A stretch of DNA of 63,984 nt, the filler included, from Octopus bimaculoides (Eukaryota), in assembly GCF_001194135.2 (NCBI RefSeq). It is 5 parts of 5 records of this genome, joined end to end, with 100 filler letters (N's around TTAATTAATTAA, not from the genome) between each part and the next. Parts side by side here need not be neighbours in the genome. Positions count along the whole stretch, not along the records: positions 32,523 to 50,261 come from NC_068981.1; positions 50,362 to 59,164 come from NC_069001.1; 3 more parts are not named here. One strand, 5' to 3'. Under the pieces are notes generated by a model. It made no database searches. It was given only the letters and a program-made list of their open reading frames with translations, and was not told where the DNA came from. The position numbers were made by a program, and so were the translations under genes. Each line of letters starts with the position of its first letter. Positions within the stretch are counted from its first letter, which is position 1. This document shows, in pieces, positions 38,737-51,335 of this stretch.

Positions 38737-38914
38737 ATTGAGAGAATTCAAAATAAAACATTATACCATGGATACCAGACATTGAAAAAAAAGTATGAGG
38801 TAGAAAATCCACAGATGAGAAATGAAGTTGATGGCCTCTGGCATGGTACTGCTGCAGGGTCTGTTGATGGAATAAATAAATCAGGATTCAACTGTAGCTA
38901 TTGTGGTAAAAATG
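38737..38914 (+). CDS. PARP14-like: PARP14/15-like, middle exon (HGT motif)
   Basis: TTTCTACAG|ATT GAG AGA ... AAT G|GTAAGT; IERIQNKTLYHGYQTLKKKYEVENPQMRNEVDGLWHGTAAGSVDGINKSGFNCSYCGKN. Confidence 0.92.
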
Positions 38915-39871
38915 GTAAGTATATTATCATCATCATCATTCACCTACCCTCCATATTGGCCTGAGCTGGACAGACTGTCACATTGGTTGTTCTTCAAAGT
39001 CTTTTCTCACTCAGAGAGGACAGAAGATGTAGTGTTGCTTACACATTCCATGTTTGGCATTGTTTCTACTGCCAGGTAGACTTCCTAACATCGTCCAATC
39101 TAGAGTAAACCAGGTGTATTTTATTATTCTGGAATCAACACTTTTATTTATTTTTCTTGCTGGTTTGGGAGGGAGGATCTGTCCCCTTCTATTGATGATC
39201 CTCTTGAAGCTTTGTAAATGAAAATATTGCAAGAAAGATATTAGAAGGGGTGGAATTCTAGAGGAGTAATGTTTTAGGGAAGGAGTAGGTATAGTGGAGA
39301 GTCTGCAGGATTGGACAGAAATATCAACAAGCAAACACCAGGCCTAGCAATTACCATTCTGAGTTTGTCAATTATAGATATACTGAGATAATCAATACAG
39401 TGTTATTAACTCTCATTCAAATATTCAATGTCTGCTACGGCCTAGAAATTGGTTAAGGGACATTTAATAACCGTACAGAAATTTGATAAACCAGCAGTGG
39501 TACCACCACAGAGTTGACTCCATTTAGATATCTCAAACGATCCTCTCTCACTAACGCTTTTATCATCTTTTGGAATTAGATTTTGATGTGTATGGTGAAT
39601 ATGGATATGGGGTGAGTAGAAGAGTGGTGTTCCACAAAATGCCATCCAAACAAGTTCAATGGTAAATATTGGCAAGGGACAGGCTTTTAATATATCTCTT
39701 CTGAGAAAGTGTTTGGAACTATTAAATGCTTGCAGAGTTTCAATGTCACACATCTGTCAGCTGACATGAAACTCATTCTGGAAGTTTCTGTTGACATTGC
39801 TGGGTACATAATTGGGAGAAATGACCCAATTTGGACATCTCAAATCTCTACTGTTATTGTTATTGATTGCC

Positions 39872-39906
<35 letters not shown>

Positions 39907-39908
39907 AG

Positions 39909-39977
<69 letters not shown>

Positions 39978-40817
39978 NNNNNNNNNNNNNNNNNNNNNNN
40001 NNNNNNNNNNNNNNNNNNNNNNNNNNNNNNNNNNNNNNNNNNNNNNNNNNNNNNNNNNNNNNNNNNNNNNNNNNNNNNNNNNNNNNNNNNNNNNNNNNNN
40101 NNNNNNNNNNNNNNNNNNNNNNNNNNNNNNNNNNNNNNNNNNNNNNNNNNNNNNNNNNNNNNNNNNNNNNNNNNNNNNNNNNNNNNNNNNNNNNNNNNNN
40201 NNNNNNNNNNNNNNNNNNNNNNNNNNNNNNNNNNNNNNNNNNNNNNNNNNNNNNNNNNNNNNNNNNNNNNNNNNNNNNNNNNNNNNNNNNNNNNNNNNNN
40301 NNNNNNNNNNNNNNNNNNNNNNNNNNNNNNNNNNNNNNNNNNNNNNNNNNNNNNNNNNNNNNNNNNNNNNNNNNNNNNNNNNNNNNNNNNNNNNNNNNNN
40401 NNNNNNNNNNNNNNNNNNNNNNNNNNNNNNNNNNNNNNNNNNNNNNNNNNNNNNNNNNNNNNNNNNNNNNNNNNNNNNNNNNNNNNNNNNNNNNNNNNNN
40501 NNNNNNNNNNNNNNNNNNNNNNNNNNNNNNNNNNNNNNNNNNNNNNNNNNNNNNNNNNNNNNNNNNNNNNNNNNNNNNNNNNNNNNNNNNNNNNNNNNNN
40601 NNNNNNNNNNNNNNNNNNNNNNNNNNNNNNNNNNNNNNNNNNNNNNNNNNNNNNNNNNNNNNNNNNNNNNNNNNNNNNNNNNNNNNNNNNNNNNNNNNNN
40701 NNNNNNNNNNNNNNNNNNNNNNNNNNNNNNNNNNNNNNNNNNNNNNNNNNNNNNNNNNNNNNNNNNNNNNNNNNNNNNNNTATATATATATATATATCCA
40801 TTTCTTTCTATTCTTAG

Positions 40818-41086
40818 CCACAGCATTCGGTGAAGGTGTTTATTTTGCCAGAGACATCCAATATTCTGCAAATGATGTCTATTCTACTCCTGACCATCAC
40901 GGAATAAAGAAAATATACAAATGCAGTGTTCTTGTGGGAAGAATGATGCAAGGACAACACGGATTAAAAGTTTTACAGGATTCTTACAATTCTGCTGTTA
41001 ATAATATTCGAAGACCCAGTATTTATGTTATTTTTCATGACTCTCATGCATATCCTAATTACTTGATTACATTCTCTAATCACTGA
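40818..41086 (+). CDS. PARP14-like: PARP14/15-like, terminal exon
   Basis: TTCTTAG|CC ACA GCA; (A)TAFGEGVYFARDIQYSANDVYSTPDHHGIKKIYKCSVLVGRMMQGQHGLKVLQDSYNSAVNNIRRPSIYVIFHDSHAYPNYLITFSNH*. Phases join with the previous exon. Confidence 0.92.
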
Positions 41087-41179
41087 ATATAACTGGAATT
41101 CATGAAACACATATAATGTGAACAGGAATATATTTAAGAAAAGAAAGACAAAGCAAAAAAAAAAAAGTAGGGGAGAGAA

Positions 41180-41235
41180 AATAAAGGAAATTCTCTAATT
41201 CTAGGTGCAATCCCATGGTCTTTTCTAAGAATAAA
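41180..41235 (+). promoter_or_regulatory. Candidate polyadenylation signals of the PARP gene
   Basis: AATAAA at 41180-41185 and 41230-41235, 94-149 nt after the stop; the region is AT-rich, so weak evidence. Confidence 0.4.
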
Positions 41236-41334
41236 ACTATTCAATATAATATTTTTCTATCATTCACACAGTATTGTTGTCGTTTTTTCCTTTTTTTACT
41301 TTAGAAATAATTATTGCTAAATATTAAAATACAT

Positions 41335-41500
41335 GAAGGTGCATGGCTCAGTGGTTAAAGCATCAGGCTCACAATCATGAAGTAATGAGTTCAATTTCCA
41401 GGCCAAGCTGTGTGTATGTTCTTGAGCAAGACACTTTATTTCCCAATGCTCCTTGTTCAGTAAGCTGAAGCAATGAGCTGCCACATCACTGGTGCCAGCA
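41335..41500 (+). mobile_element. SINE family D
   Basis: GCATGGCTCAGTGGTTAAAGC ... GAGTTCAATTTCC ... TTGAGCAAGACACTTTATTT. Confidence 0.7.
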
Positions 41501-41539
41501 AGATACCAAAATCACAACACAGATATGAAAGATTCTGGC

Positions 41540-41691
41540 AATGGTGTTGTGCTTAAAGAGTTTGCTTCTGAGTCATGTAGTTTCAAGTTGAGCCCCACTG
41601 TGTAGTCCCTTGGGCAAATGTTTTTACTATAGCTCTGGGCTGACCAAAGTCTCTCAGCTGGATTTAGTAGACTGAAAACTAAAAGACGTTC

Positions 41692-41784
<93 letters not shown>

Positions 41785-42000
41785 CGCCTTTTCTTGACAT
41801 TGCATTGTGGATGGAAATGAGTGTCACTGTCATATAAGCAGTGTCCTTCATTTCCAATCTTCCATGAAAACATGTCTAGTCATGGGAGAAACATGTTACC
41901 CTCTTTGAAAGCAGAGGAGGGTTGGTGACAGGAAGAGCATCTGGACATAAGGAATCTGTCTCAATGAATTCCATCTGATCTATGCAAGCATGGAATAGCA
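41540..42000 (+). mobile_element. SINE A head with long internal (GT)n and an RTE-UTR-like tail
   Basis: Head as family A; tail GGTTGGTGACAGGAAGAGCATC...ATGCAAGCATGGAA resembles the RTE 3'UTR copies in this window. Confidence 0.6.
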
Positions 42001-42869
42001 AGAATATTCTTTTTATCTTCAAGAGAATTTCAGAAATTTCTTATTTGTAATAATATTATGAAAACGGCCATTTTTTGTGATTAACTTCCAAATCACAGAA
42101 CCCTGAGCATTTAAGAGACCAAAACTTGAAACTAAGCTGCTTCCCTGACATGTCAGACCTATTTGGAGAATTATAAAAATCCTGGCCACAATAATCTCCT
42201 CTCTCTCCCCTCAAAGAGGAGACTTTCATTCAATCATTAAAAGAACTGATCATTCTAAAGCCATCAGCAAAACTGACAAACATAAAATGGAGAATGAGTG
42301 CCAAACTAGAAAGAATTCTCCACAAAAGCTGGAAGTATGAAACAGCAGCAAAGTGTTCAGTGAAGTCTATGAACAAAGTGATGTGCATTCATTGCCCATC
42401 GTGTATTCAGATTGAAAAGTTTTTTTGTTGATTTATTGATTACAAAGTATTGATTTCATTGAAAGAAAAACTACAACAGATTCGTGTGACTAACAGCAGC
42501 TACTAAACAACTAATGTGAATGTCCCTATTTTAAGCAGATTCAGTTTATAAGAAATCCTAAAATTGCTGAAGAATAAAACAAAGAATTTCCTGTACAACT
42601 GAAGCAGGTTTTATTTTTTCATCTAAGGCTGGAGATTGCTGCATGATGTTGCAAGATGCTCCATGTTACTACATGTTGTCAGGTTTGAAGCCATCACAAA
42701 ATGGTTGATTAGTTAGTTTTGTTATTGCAGTAGCAATCATATCATAGAAGAGTTACTCTGCTTGTTTATTACCACAGAAAGCTGCTAAACAGACTTTCAA
42801 ATATATTTCATGAATGAGAAACTCATGAAATAAATTTCAAGTGAACTGAACTGTTTTTGTGTTGATTAA

Positions 42870-43091
42870 CCCTTTCGTTACCAACCTGGCTGAAAACGCC
42901 TGTAGATCTGTTGTACAAATGTCTTGTTTTCATAAGTTTTGAATTAAAATCTTCCACCAAACTTTAGTCACAATTTATGTTCCTAACACTAGCTTAATGA
43001 TAACTAAGTTATTTTACTAAATTCTTTGTTATATTTAAAATTGATTGAAAGAAACACAGAACATCTCAAAATAAATGCAGTAATGAAAGGG
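42870..43091. mobile_element. piggyBac-type MITE (222 bp)
   Basis: TTAA|CCCTTTCGTTAC ... GTAATGAAAGGG|TTAA: 12-bp TIR with one mismatch and a TTAA TSD. Confidence 0.9.
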
Positions 43092-43984
43092 TTAATGAAG
43101 AGAAGGACTCAATACTGACAAGGAGTTGCTTCAGTTTCAACTTTGGGCCCCAGAACAAGTCATTTGTGAGACAAATACAACTCCACTATCACAAGAAGTT
43201 CACATCGAAGGGAGATAAGTTTTCAAAAGAACAATAATACTGCAGTGTAAATGGAGAAACATGTAACCTGTTCTAGTTGCCGGTAGAAGAAATCTCTGAC
43301 ATCACAAAAAACGAGAGTAAAAATGCAAAGAAATTATATTTCTTGCAGACTTGTCTAATGTAATTAATTATATTTAATGAAATGGCAGAGAATAAGCAGA
43401 CACTTATAAGAGTTAGGCAAGAAAGAAAGAGTCAATGTTTTGAGTAAATTACTGTTAAGAATGGCTGTTGTTGCCTTCACTTGGTTTCAATGTTTGATCC
43501 TTGTGGCATGTCTTATTTGTTGATGTCTCTATACGAATAGATTAGATTGAAATGTGGAACATTTATTTCCAAATTAACAACAAAGTACTTCCATAGTTTA
43601 GCAATTTGTAAAGGAAATGCAAAGAATGATTATTTTTTGGAAAATATTAAAGATGAAGAAAATAGTGACAATGGAATTCTGATGAACATAGCTATCACCA
43701 GTTTCATGAGATGATTCTGTGCAATAAAGAGGAAAATCATCATCATCATTTGCTGGCCGGTGATTCCCAACCTGGGGTCTACAAAGGTAGTACTGGTGGG
43801 GTCCATGAACTAAATTCAAAATTTCATATATATATATATATATATAATTCCAGTATAGGATAAAATCTTTATAAGAATTTATCAAGTAGTTAGCATGAAA
43901 AAACCTCATAATGGAAAAAATCCATCATTTATTCCCTGTATTTATTTATATAAGGGCATTACTATACATAAATGCCTCACGCTA

Positions 43985-44620
43985 ATGGGTGCTTTTTATG
44001 TGCCACCAGTACAGCTGTCATTTACATGACACTGGCAACGTTACGACTATGATTTCACTCAGCTTGACAGGTCTCCTCAAGCACAGCATGTCCTCAAAAG
44101 TTTCAATCACTTGTCACCTCTGTTAGGCTCAACCTTCAAAGATCATGCTTCACTACCTTGTCCCATCTCTTTCTGGGTCTACTTCTTCCACAGGTTCCCT
44201 CCACAGTTAGAGATTGGCCCTTCTTTACACAGCTGTCCTCATCCATATGCATCACATGACCATACCAGTGCAGTTGTCTCTCTTGCACACTGCATCTGAT
44301 GCCTCTTATGCTCAACTTTTCTCTCAAGATGCTTACACTCTGTCATACGTGCACACTGACATTGCACAGCAAGTGAAGCATACTAGCTTCAATTCTTTCA
44401 AGCCTACGCATGTGCTTGGTGGTCACAGCCCATGTTTTACTGCTGTGTAGCATGGCTATTCACACACAGGAATCATAGTCTGCCTTTCATTCTGTGGGAG
44501 AGGCTCTTTGTTACCAACAGAGGTGGAAGTTCTCTGAACTTTGTCCAGCCTATTCTTATTTTAGCAGCTACGCTCTTGGAGCATTCACCTCCACTGCTGA
44601 CTTGTCACCCAGAAAATGGT
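43985..44620 (-). mobile_element. RTE LINE 3' fragment (RT C-terminus)
   Basis: REKLSIRGIRCSVQERQLHWYGHVMHMDEDSCVKK...GRSRPRKRWDKVVKHDL; same family as 1912-2510. Confidence 0.9.
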
Positions 44621-44867
44621 TGCTACAATATTAATGTAAACTATAGTTGAATTCAGTTCCATTTTTATCAAAAAACTTTTCTGTAAAGTTTATCAAGTTT
44701 GCAAGAAATACAAGTACAAAGATAGATTAGGTTCAAATGCTGTGGGTAAGGTGCTGAATTAATAAATTCACAAGTTCAAATCACACAACAAGCACAATCT
44801 AAGAGTCTTGACTTTTATAGTTTACAGGATTAGCAAGAGTTACAAACTCTACTTCACATAAACTAGA

Positions 44868-46010
44868 CAGAGTTGTCATCATTTGGTGGGGACATGAGGA
44901 AATCAACTCTTTTAGTACATGTCTTTAAAATGTGCTTGAGTAGGTTCTATAATGTGCCATTTAATGCTGTGTTTAGTTGCTTTGCATTTTAAACTCCATG
45001 TATACTTAGAGTTATTGTAATTTGGTGGGGACATGAGGCAAAAACTAGGATTTGGAGTATAACAGTTTGAGTGAGAATGTTAAAATTTTCTGCTAAGAAG
45101 TGTAGGCACTTGTTGCTGTTGAAATGTGCTGGAGCAGATTCTATAATAGATCATTTACTGCTGTAGTTGGGTTGCTTTGAAACTCCAGGGCTGTCAATAT
45201 TGATGGTGATTTAAGAACTCAACATAGATTTGGAGCTTAACTGTCTGAGGTGTTGGATCAGACTACTAAATTTTTCTGCTAAGAAGTGTTGGCACTTGTT
45301 GTTAAAATGTTCTGCGACAGATTCTATAATGTGCAATTTAATTCTGTAGTTGGCTGCTTTGTTTTTTAAACCCCAAATATACTTGAACAGAGTTCAAGTA
45401 TATAGGCGCAGGAGTGGCTGTGTGGTAAGTAGCTTGCTTACCAACCACATGGTTCCGGGTTCAGTCCCACTGCGTGGCATCTTGGGCAAATGTCTTCTAC
45501 TATAGCATCGGGCCGACCAAAGCCTTGTGAGTGGATTTGGTAGACGGAAACTGAAAGAAGCCCGTCGTATATATGTATATATATATATATATATATGTGT
45601 GTGTATGTGTTTGTTTGTCTGTCTGTGTTTCTCCCCCTAGCATTGCTTGACAACCGATGCTGGTGTGTGTTTATGTCCCCGTCACTTAGCGGTTTGGCAA
45701 AAAGAGACCGATAGAATAAGTACTAGGCTTACAAAGAATAAGTCCCGGGTTCGACTTGCTCGACTAAAGGTGGTGCTCCAGCATGGCCGCAGTCAAATGA
45801 CTGAAACAAGTAAAAGAGTAAAAAAAAGAGTAAAAGAGAGTTGTTGTTCTCTAGTGGGGGACATCAAGAAATTAACTTCGATTTGAAATTTAACAGTTTG
45901 AGTATTTGAATGGGAATGTCAATTTGTCCTGCCAAGCAGTGTTGGTACCAGTTGCCATTAAATGTGCTGGGGCACCTATTATCTCACAGTTCACTGGTTA
46001 GCAGCAGTTA
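44868..46010. repeat. Diverged tandem array (about 4 units of 140-190 bp) interrupted by a SINE
   Basis: TTTGGTGGGGACATGAGG at about 44882 and 45021 and GGGGGACATC at 45856; TTTTCTGCTAAGAAGTGT.GGCACTTGTTG at about 45086 and 45272; ATTCTATAAT recurs. Confidence 0.7.
45405..45840 (+). mobile_element. SINE family A, full-length reference copy
   Basis: tRNA-like head, internal (TA)n(GT)n, 3' half ...GATAGAATAAGTACTAGGC...CAGCATGGCCGCAGTCAAATGACTGAAAC and (TAAAAGAG)n tail. Confidence 0.9.
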
Positions 46011-46686
46011 CCATATTTACTTCACACTTCACTGGTGAGGAAGAGGATGGACATACAACAGATTATAGATACAACTAACCACAACAAAAAGCTATTGTTT
46101 ATAAAATGATATCTCCATGGAAAGGTATGGCAAACCACCTAATATTAAGGTAAACAAATGTTTCGAAGTTTCCATGCACAGAACAAGTTTTTTTTTTCCC
46201 CTTTAGACCTAATAAAATTAGTCAGAAAAAGAAAACATAATTCTATAGTAATCCTTTTTCTGTTTTAATTAAAAATCCAAATTAGCAACAGAAAAGCATG
46301 AATAAGAGGAGGAAAGAAAATTTAAATGTTACTCTAGCTTTTATCATCATTGTCACTGTCTGCTTCACCAGCAACAGATTTATGTCTGCTTTCAATGCTG
46401 TCATGGGTTAGTTGAGTCATGATATTCTAAACTAGTTTTGTATTAAGTTATTGCCTTCCCAGTTAGGTAAGAGAACCACACCTCATACATACTATTTTCA
46501 GTGTGGTTCCAACAGCTGGAAACCCAACCTAAAACCATGCACTTTACAAATTGTGCTAGATGAATCCCATCATGGCACCACTGCCAGGGAGTGTATGATA
46601 GCCTCAGCTGAGCTGAAGAATTATCACAGCTTGATGGCACTTTGTTTTGTCACTGTAACATACACCAATGGCTAAGTGTGTGTGTG

Positions 46687-46728
<42 letters not shown>

Positions 46729-47184
46729 AGAGAGAGAAAGAAAGAGAGAGAACAGAACTAGAAGAATGGGTGGGAAACAAAGAAAAACATTGGAAAGAGT
46801 TATATGTTTGTTGGAGTGGAGGAGGTGAAAGTAGAGTGATGAGTGGTGGAGATTGAGAGGGAGTGATGGAGTGGAGGAGATGGAATGATGGAGTGCAGTG
46901 ATGGACAACCGAAAACACACAAAGTATGATGATATGGCATTTGTGGTGTAATCCTTCTTGCGTGGATGTCTATATCAGAGAATGACGGAGATGGAAGAGA
47001 TTTTAATGCAGATCACTTTGAGAATCATTTCTCCCATACACAGACGCCATGGTGCAATGAATGGTGGATTTGTTGTGTCAATCGGGGAGCAGGGGATGAG
47101 ATCAGGCTGGTTGTGAATAGAACAACAAAAGCAAAACTCATCAACATTTAACAACAGATTTTAAGGGAAGGCTAAACAGGAATA

Positions 47185-47334
47185 TATTACATTATTTACA
47201 TTATTTACATTTGACAGATATTTGTCCTCATCTTGTTTGTTGTTAACACGTTTCAGCTGATATACCCTCCAGCCTTCATCAGGTGTCTTGGCGAAATTTC
47301 AAACCTGGGTTCTCATTCCTAAGGTATTTTTCGA

Positions 47335-47371
<37 letters not shown>

Positions 47372-47610
47372 GAGCGAGAGAGCAGTGCATGCCATCAAAG
47401 TGACACTGGGGTAGAATATACGAAGCCCAGTATACCCATCATGACTACCCATCTGATAAGGGTACACTAGGCACATGCATCACAAACATATGTGCGTGAC
47501 ATGGTGATCTCATATCAAAATAAACACCGCATGTCCTCGCAGATGGGGCCCAGTTAGAATATTCTTCAGGTTGAGTAGCTCATCCCGCTCAAAAGGTCTC
47601 TGAATAAGGT
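47185..47610. mobile_element. Penelope-like terminus with broken minimal hammerhead (minus, 47243-47288), joined via (ATT)n to a dispersed repeat
   Basis: Minus GACAC-CTGATGA-A-GGCTG-GAGGGTATAT-CAGCT-GAAA-CGTGTT; segment 47373-47605 is an inverted copy of part of 52055-52420. Confidence 0.6.
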
Positions 47611-48639
47611 TTGTTTTTTATTATTATTATTATTATTATGTTGTTTTTTTCTTCTTTCTTCAAATTTTCTTCCATTTCTTGCCGAGTGCTTTCCGTACAC
47701 CTAGGGCAGAGAAACTCGTTGTATACATTCCCAGTTTACACACGCAAATTTACAGGTAAAATATGTATTTAAAAAAAAAAAAAAAAAATTCATGAATGGA
47801 TGTTGTTTTCACAGCGATAATGCTCTTCTCAGTACATGAGTCGTTCCAGTTAACACGATTTTTTGCACTTCCTGTAGGGATGGTAAGCCTGTAAATTGAT
47901 TGGTCGATAAATAGTTTGTTAATGTAAAAACCCCATGGCCTGACTGGAGCGTGTGCATAATTGTGATTCAAATCCCTACATCTTGAATACAATCCCTTGT
48001 TGTACAATGGAAGAGGTGAGTGTGGAGAGAGACAAGGGAGAATGATGTGAGGTTATGAAAGAGGGACAAACACACTGGGTCCCTTATCCTATATTTTTAC
48101 CATTCGTGCATGATCATTGCCAGTGCTGCCGGACTGGTTCCTGTGCAGGTGGCATGTAAAAAGCACCATTTGAGCATGGTCGATGCCAGTACTACCTGAC
48201 TGGCCCTCATGCCAGTGGGATGTAAAAAGCACCCACTACACTCTCAGAGTGGTTGGTGTTAGGAAGGGCACCCAGCTGTAGAAACTCTGCCAGATCAGAC
48301 TGGAGCCTGGTGCAGCCTTCTGGCTCGACAGTCCTCAGTCCAACCCATGCCAGCATGGAAAGCAGATGTTAAACGACGATAATGATGGTGATGACTACTT
48401 CCATTTCAGTTTCATTCTACCATACTCCATGGATGAGCGAATCTTCTCCAGCATTGCATGGCACCAATAGTTGCACTCTTTTGGAAAGCTAAGTTCAGTT
48501 TTCCTCATTTCATCCTATCTCTTTCTTAGTCTTCCACAGGTTTTATTCACTTTGAGTGTTTGCTCATCATCATCATCATCATGATCTCTACACATCACAG
48601 TGCAGTTTTCCCTTATATAGTACTACACAGTGTGCATAC

Positions 48640-49375
48640 GTCTTCACTTCTTTCTAGACATGTGGAAATTATGTGTGCTTGTTAGAATTTTTTAGATTTT
48701 CACATGAATGGTTCAGATCTCATCAAGCAGCCCAAATGTTGGTATGAGTACTGGCACTACAAACACATTGTGGGTCACTGTTTTATTGAATGCAGTGAGA
48801 TCTGAGATCCAAATTTTCTTTATTTGGCTGTAATATTCTTTAGTGACACATGTTTTGTTACAGGTGCTATTGATATATTTTCATCCATCCCTAAATAGCA
48901 CTAACGTTTGTTGTCAGATACAGGGGAAACAGTTAAATCGTTGATGGAGATGTTGTTAGTCTGGTTTAGTTTTCCCTCCTTTTCACAACCATATAACAAC
49001 ATTTATCTTGACCAAACTCCAACCCTACATCCTTTGGGAATGTTGTAACTGGCTCAAGGCTCTTTTTCATCTCATGCACATTCTTTGCATAAAGCTTTAA
49101 GTCATCCACAAAGAAACAATGTGTAATTTTGATATTTTAGTTTCCTTGTGAACCAGTGAGATATCCTTCAGATTTCCTTAGCATGAATGACAAGGGGTTT
49201 ACAGAAAATATAAAGAACATCACGGAGAGGCTGTCACCTTGGAATATGCCTTTGTGACACTGCATTCTATCAGTGATAATACAGTCACTCATTGTGTTTA
49301 AGTTTAATATTGTGAATAAATTATCAAAATATACGGAATGTGACCGACGACCATCTACCACTCCAAGCAACTATA
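48640..49375 (-). mobile_element. R4/Dong-clade non-LTR RT fragment, decayed
   Basis: HKGIFQGDSLSVMFFIFSVNPLSFML..GY, then KITHCFFVDDLKLYAK. Confidence 0.8.
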
Positions 49376-49499
49376 TTTGCAAGTGAAAGATCGTCTTGAG
49401 GTCCTTCTTGAATACTCTCTCCACAATGCAGATCAAAGTTGTAACAAGATCCTGTAACACCGCACAATGCCCCAAATTTGTAACGAAATCTTATGGGTC

Positions 49500-49840
49500 T
49501 CCCTTTTATAAATTTTTTAAGTGAATTATGTCCCTTCTTTTCAAAAATTCCGAATTTCTTGGAGGAATTCTGGTAAAGAGAGAACGAACTACGTAACCTT
49601 TATCATCTTTATTCTCCTCCCAGATTTCATTATTTCGAAAGTGAATGTTGCTTTTAAGATGCTGGAATCGATTTTTTGTAATAGCAGTATTGATTAATGG
49701 GACAACCAGATCTTCTTGTGTAGTTTCTTGTGGGTGGCGTTACCTAAGATAACTGGAATATATCAGAACTCCAAGAAGTGTTTTCAATTCATCTACAGAA
49801 AAGGTTTCGATTTTATCCTTCCTGGCTGCAGAATATCGAA
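49500..49840 (-). mobile_element. piggyBac transposase fragment
   Basis: FSVDELKTLLGVLIYS ... EDLVVPLINTAITK / RFQHLKSNIHFRNN (frameshift), resembling PGBD E+K.+G+L...VPL+..AM++.RF..+KS.+HF. Confidence 0.65.
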
Positions 49841-50362
49841 ATAAAATTTCAAGAGTGAGGGGTTAATAAAGAGGCTAGTAGGGAGTAACAGTAGAAGAGG
49901 TGGAAGAGAGGAGGGCTGTGTTGGTGGGAATTGGTGAAATAATGAGAAAAGAGAATGGCCATTATTTGAGAGGAGTAAATTGACTGGTTCAATGGCTGAC
50001 GGAGATTACTAAGTAGAGAAGAATGAGAGAAGATAGAGGGAGGTGGATAGAGTGATGAGGAGAGTTGATAGTCTATACTGTCTGTATTGTTCTCTCCAAT
50101 GCATTCCATATTGTTCTTGGCTAATGATACATCAAGCCTCGTATGGAGATAGTAAAAAGACGCCCGTCCTCTCTTCCAGATCAGTGGCTGTCATTGCAAT
50201 ATTAAGATGTTCATGTCTGTAAGGAGGCGAGCTGGCGGAGACGTTAGCACGACGGGCGAAANNNNNNNNNNNNNNNNNNNNNNNNNNNNNNNNNNNNNNN
50301 NNNNNTTAATTAATTAANNNNNNNNNNNNNNNNNNNNNNNNNNNNNNNNNNNNNNNNNNNNA

Positions 50363-50900
50363 TATGGCTGAGTAAAAAGTAAGTAACGTTTTGAAACATG
50401 AAATTCATCGCAATATATTTCAACAATGCGGAAATTTCATTCATCAAAGTAAGTACCATTACAATCAACACATTTTTGCCAACGAGTTACAAGTTTGTTT
50501 ATTCCGGTAACATAAAAAATCTGGATTTCTGGAGCTGATGAACTCTTTCAACGCACTTTCAGCGTCGGTTTGATTTTTGAACTCCTTCTCTCGCAGGAAA
50601 CCATCAAAATGCTTGAAATAGTAGTAGTCGATAGGAGAAAGGTCTGGGGAAATAAACTGGAGCAGAACTTCGTAGCCAAGTTCCCTCAACTTCTGGAGCG
50701 TCATTCGTGAAACGTGTGGTCGAACATTGTCATGAAGAATGATTGGCCCTCTTCTGTTGACCAGTCTGCGATGAAGGAGGAGTAGCAGCTTTCGTTCATT
50801 TGGCAATTTCATGGCAATATGTTTCTGCAGTAACGGTTTTTCAGAGTTTTAAGAAGTTATAGTGGATGAGTCCAGCAGTACACCACCAAACAGTCTTCAT
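50363..50900 (-). mobile_element. Mariner transposase C-terminal fragment
   Basis: GPIILHDNVRPHVSRMTLQKLRELGYEVL...SPDLSPIDYYYFKHFDGFL. Confidence 0.9.
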
Positions 50901-51009
50901 AACCTTCTTTGTGTCTGTGTGTTTGTTCCCTGCCACCGCTTGACAACTGGTGTGTTTACATAGCGGTTCGGTAAAAGTGACCAATAGAATAAGTACCAAA
51001 CTTTAAAAG

Positions 51010-51335
51010 ATCCGGATTCGTTGTGAGTGTTTTATTGAGCGAAAACACCTAAACCTCCACAACGCTTCGGTAGGGGTTGGTGGCGAACAGTACTGTACTC
51101 TTTCGCCACAACGTTTCTCTCACTCTTTCTTCCTGTTTCTGTTGTACCTGTATTTCAAAGGGGCCAGCCTTGTCACACTATGTCTCACGCTGAATCTCCC
51201 CGAGAACTACGTTAAGTGTACACATGTCTGTGGAGAGCTCTGCCACTCGCACGTTAATTTCACGAGCAGGCTGTTCCGTTGATCGGATCAACTAGAACCC
51301 TCGTCGTCGTAACCGGCGGAGTGCCACAACGATAT
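51010..51335 (+). mobile_element. SINE family C body with an alternative 3' tail
   Basis: 51020-51137 matches 6948-7067, then diverges into TGTACCTGTATTTCAAAGGGCCAGCC...GGAGTGCCACAAC. Confidence 0.75.

Noticed and set aside
39011-39800. Minus ORFs of 107 and 103 aa inside PARP intron 2
   Set aside because: Only faint LINE- or Tc1-like resemblance; not supportable as genes or as a named element.
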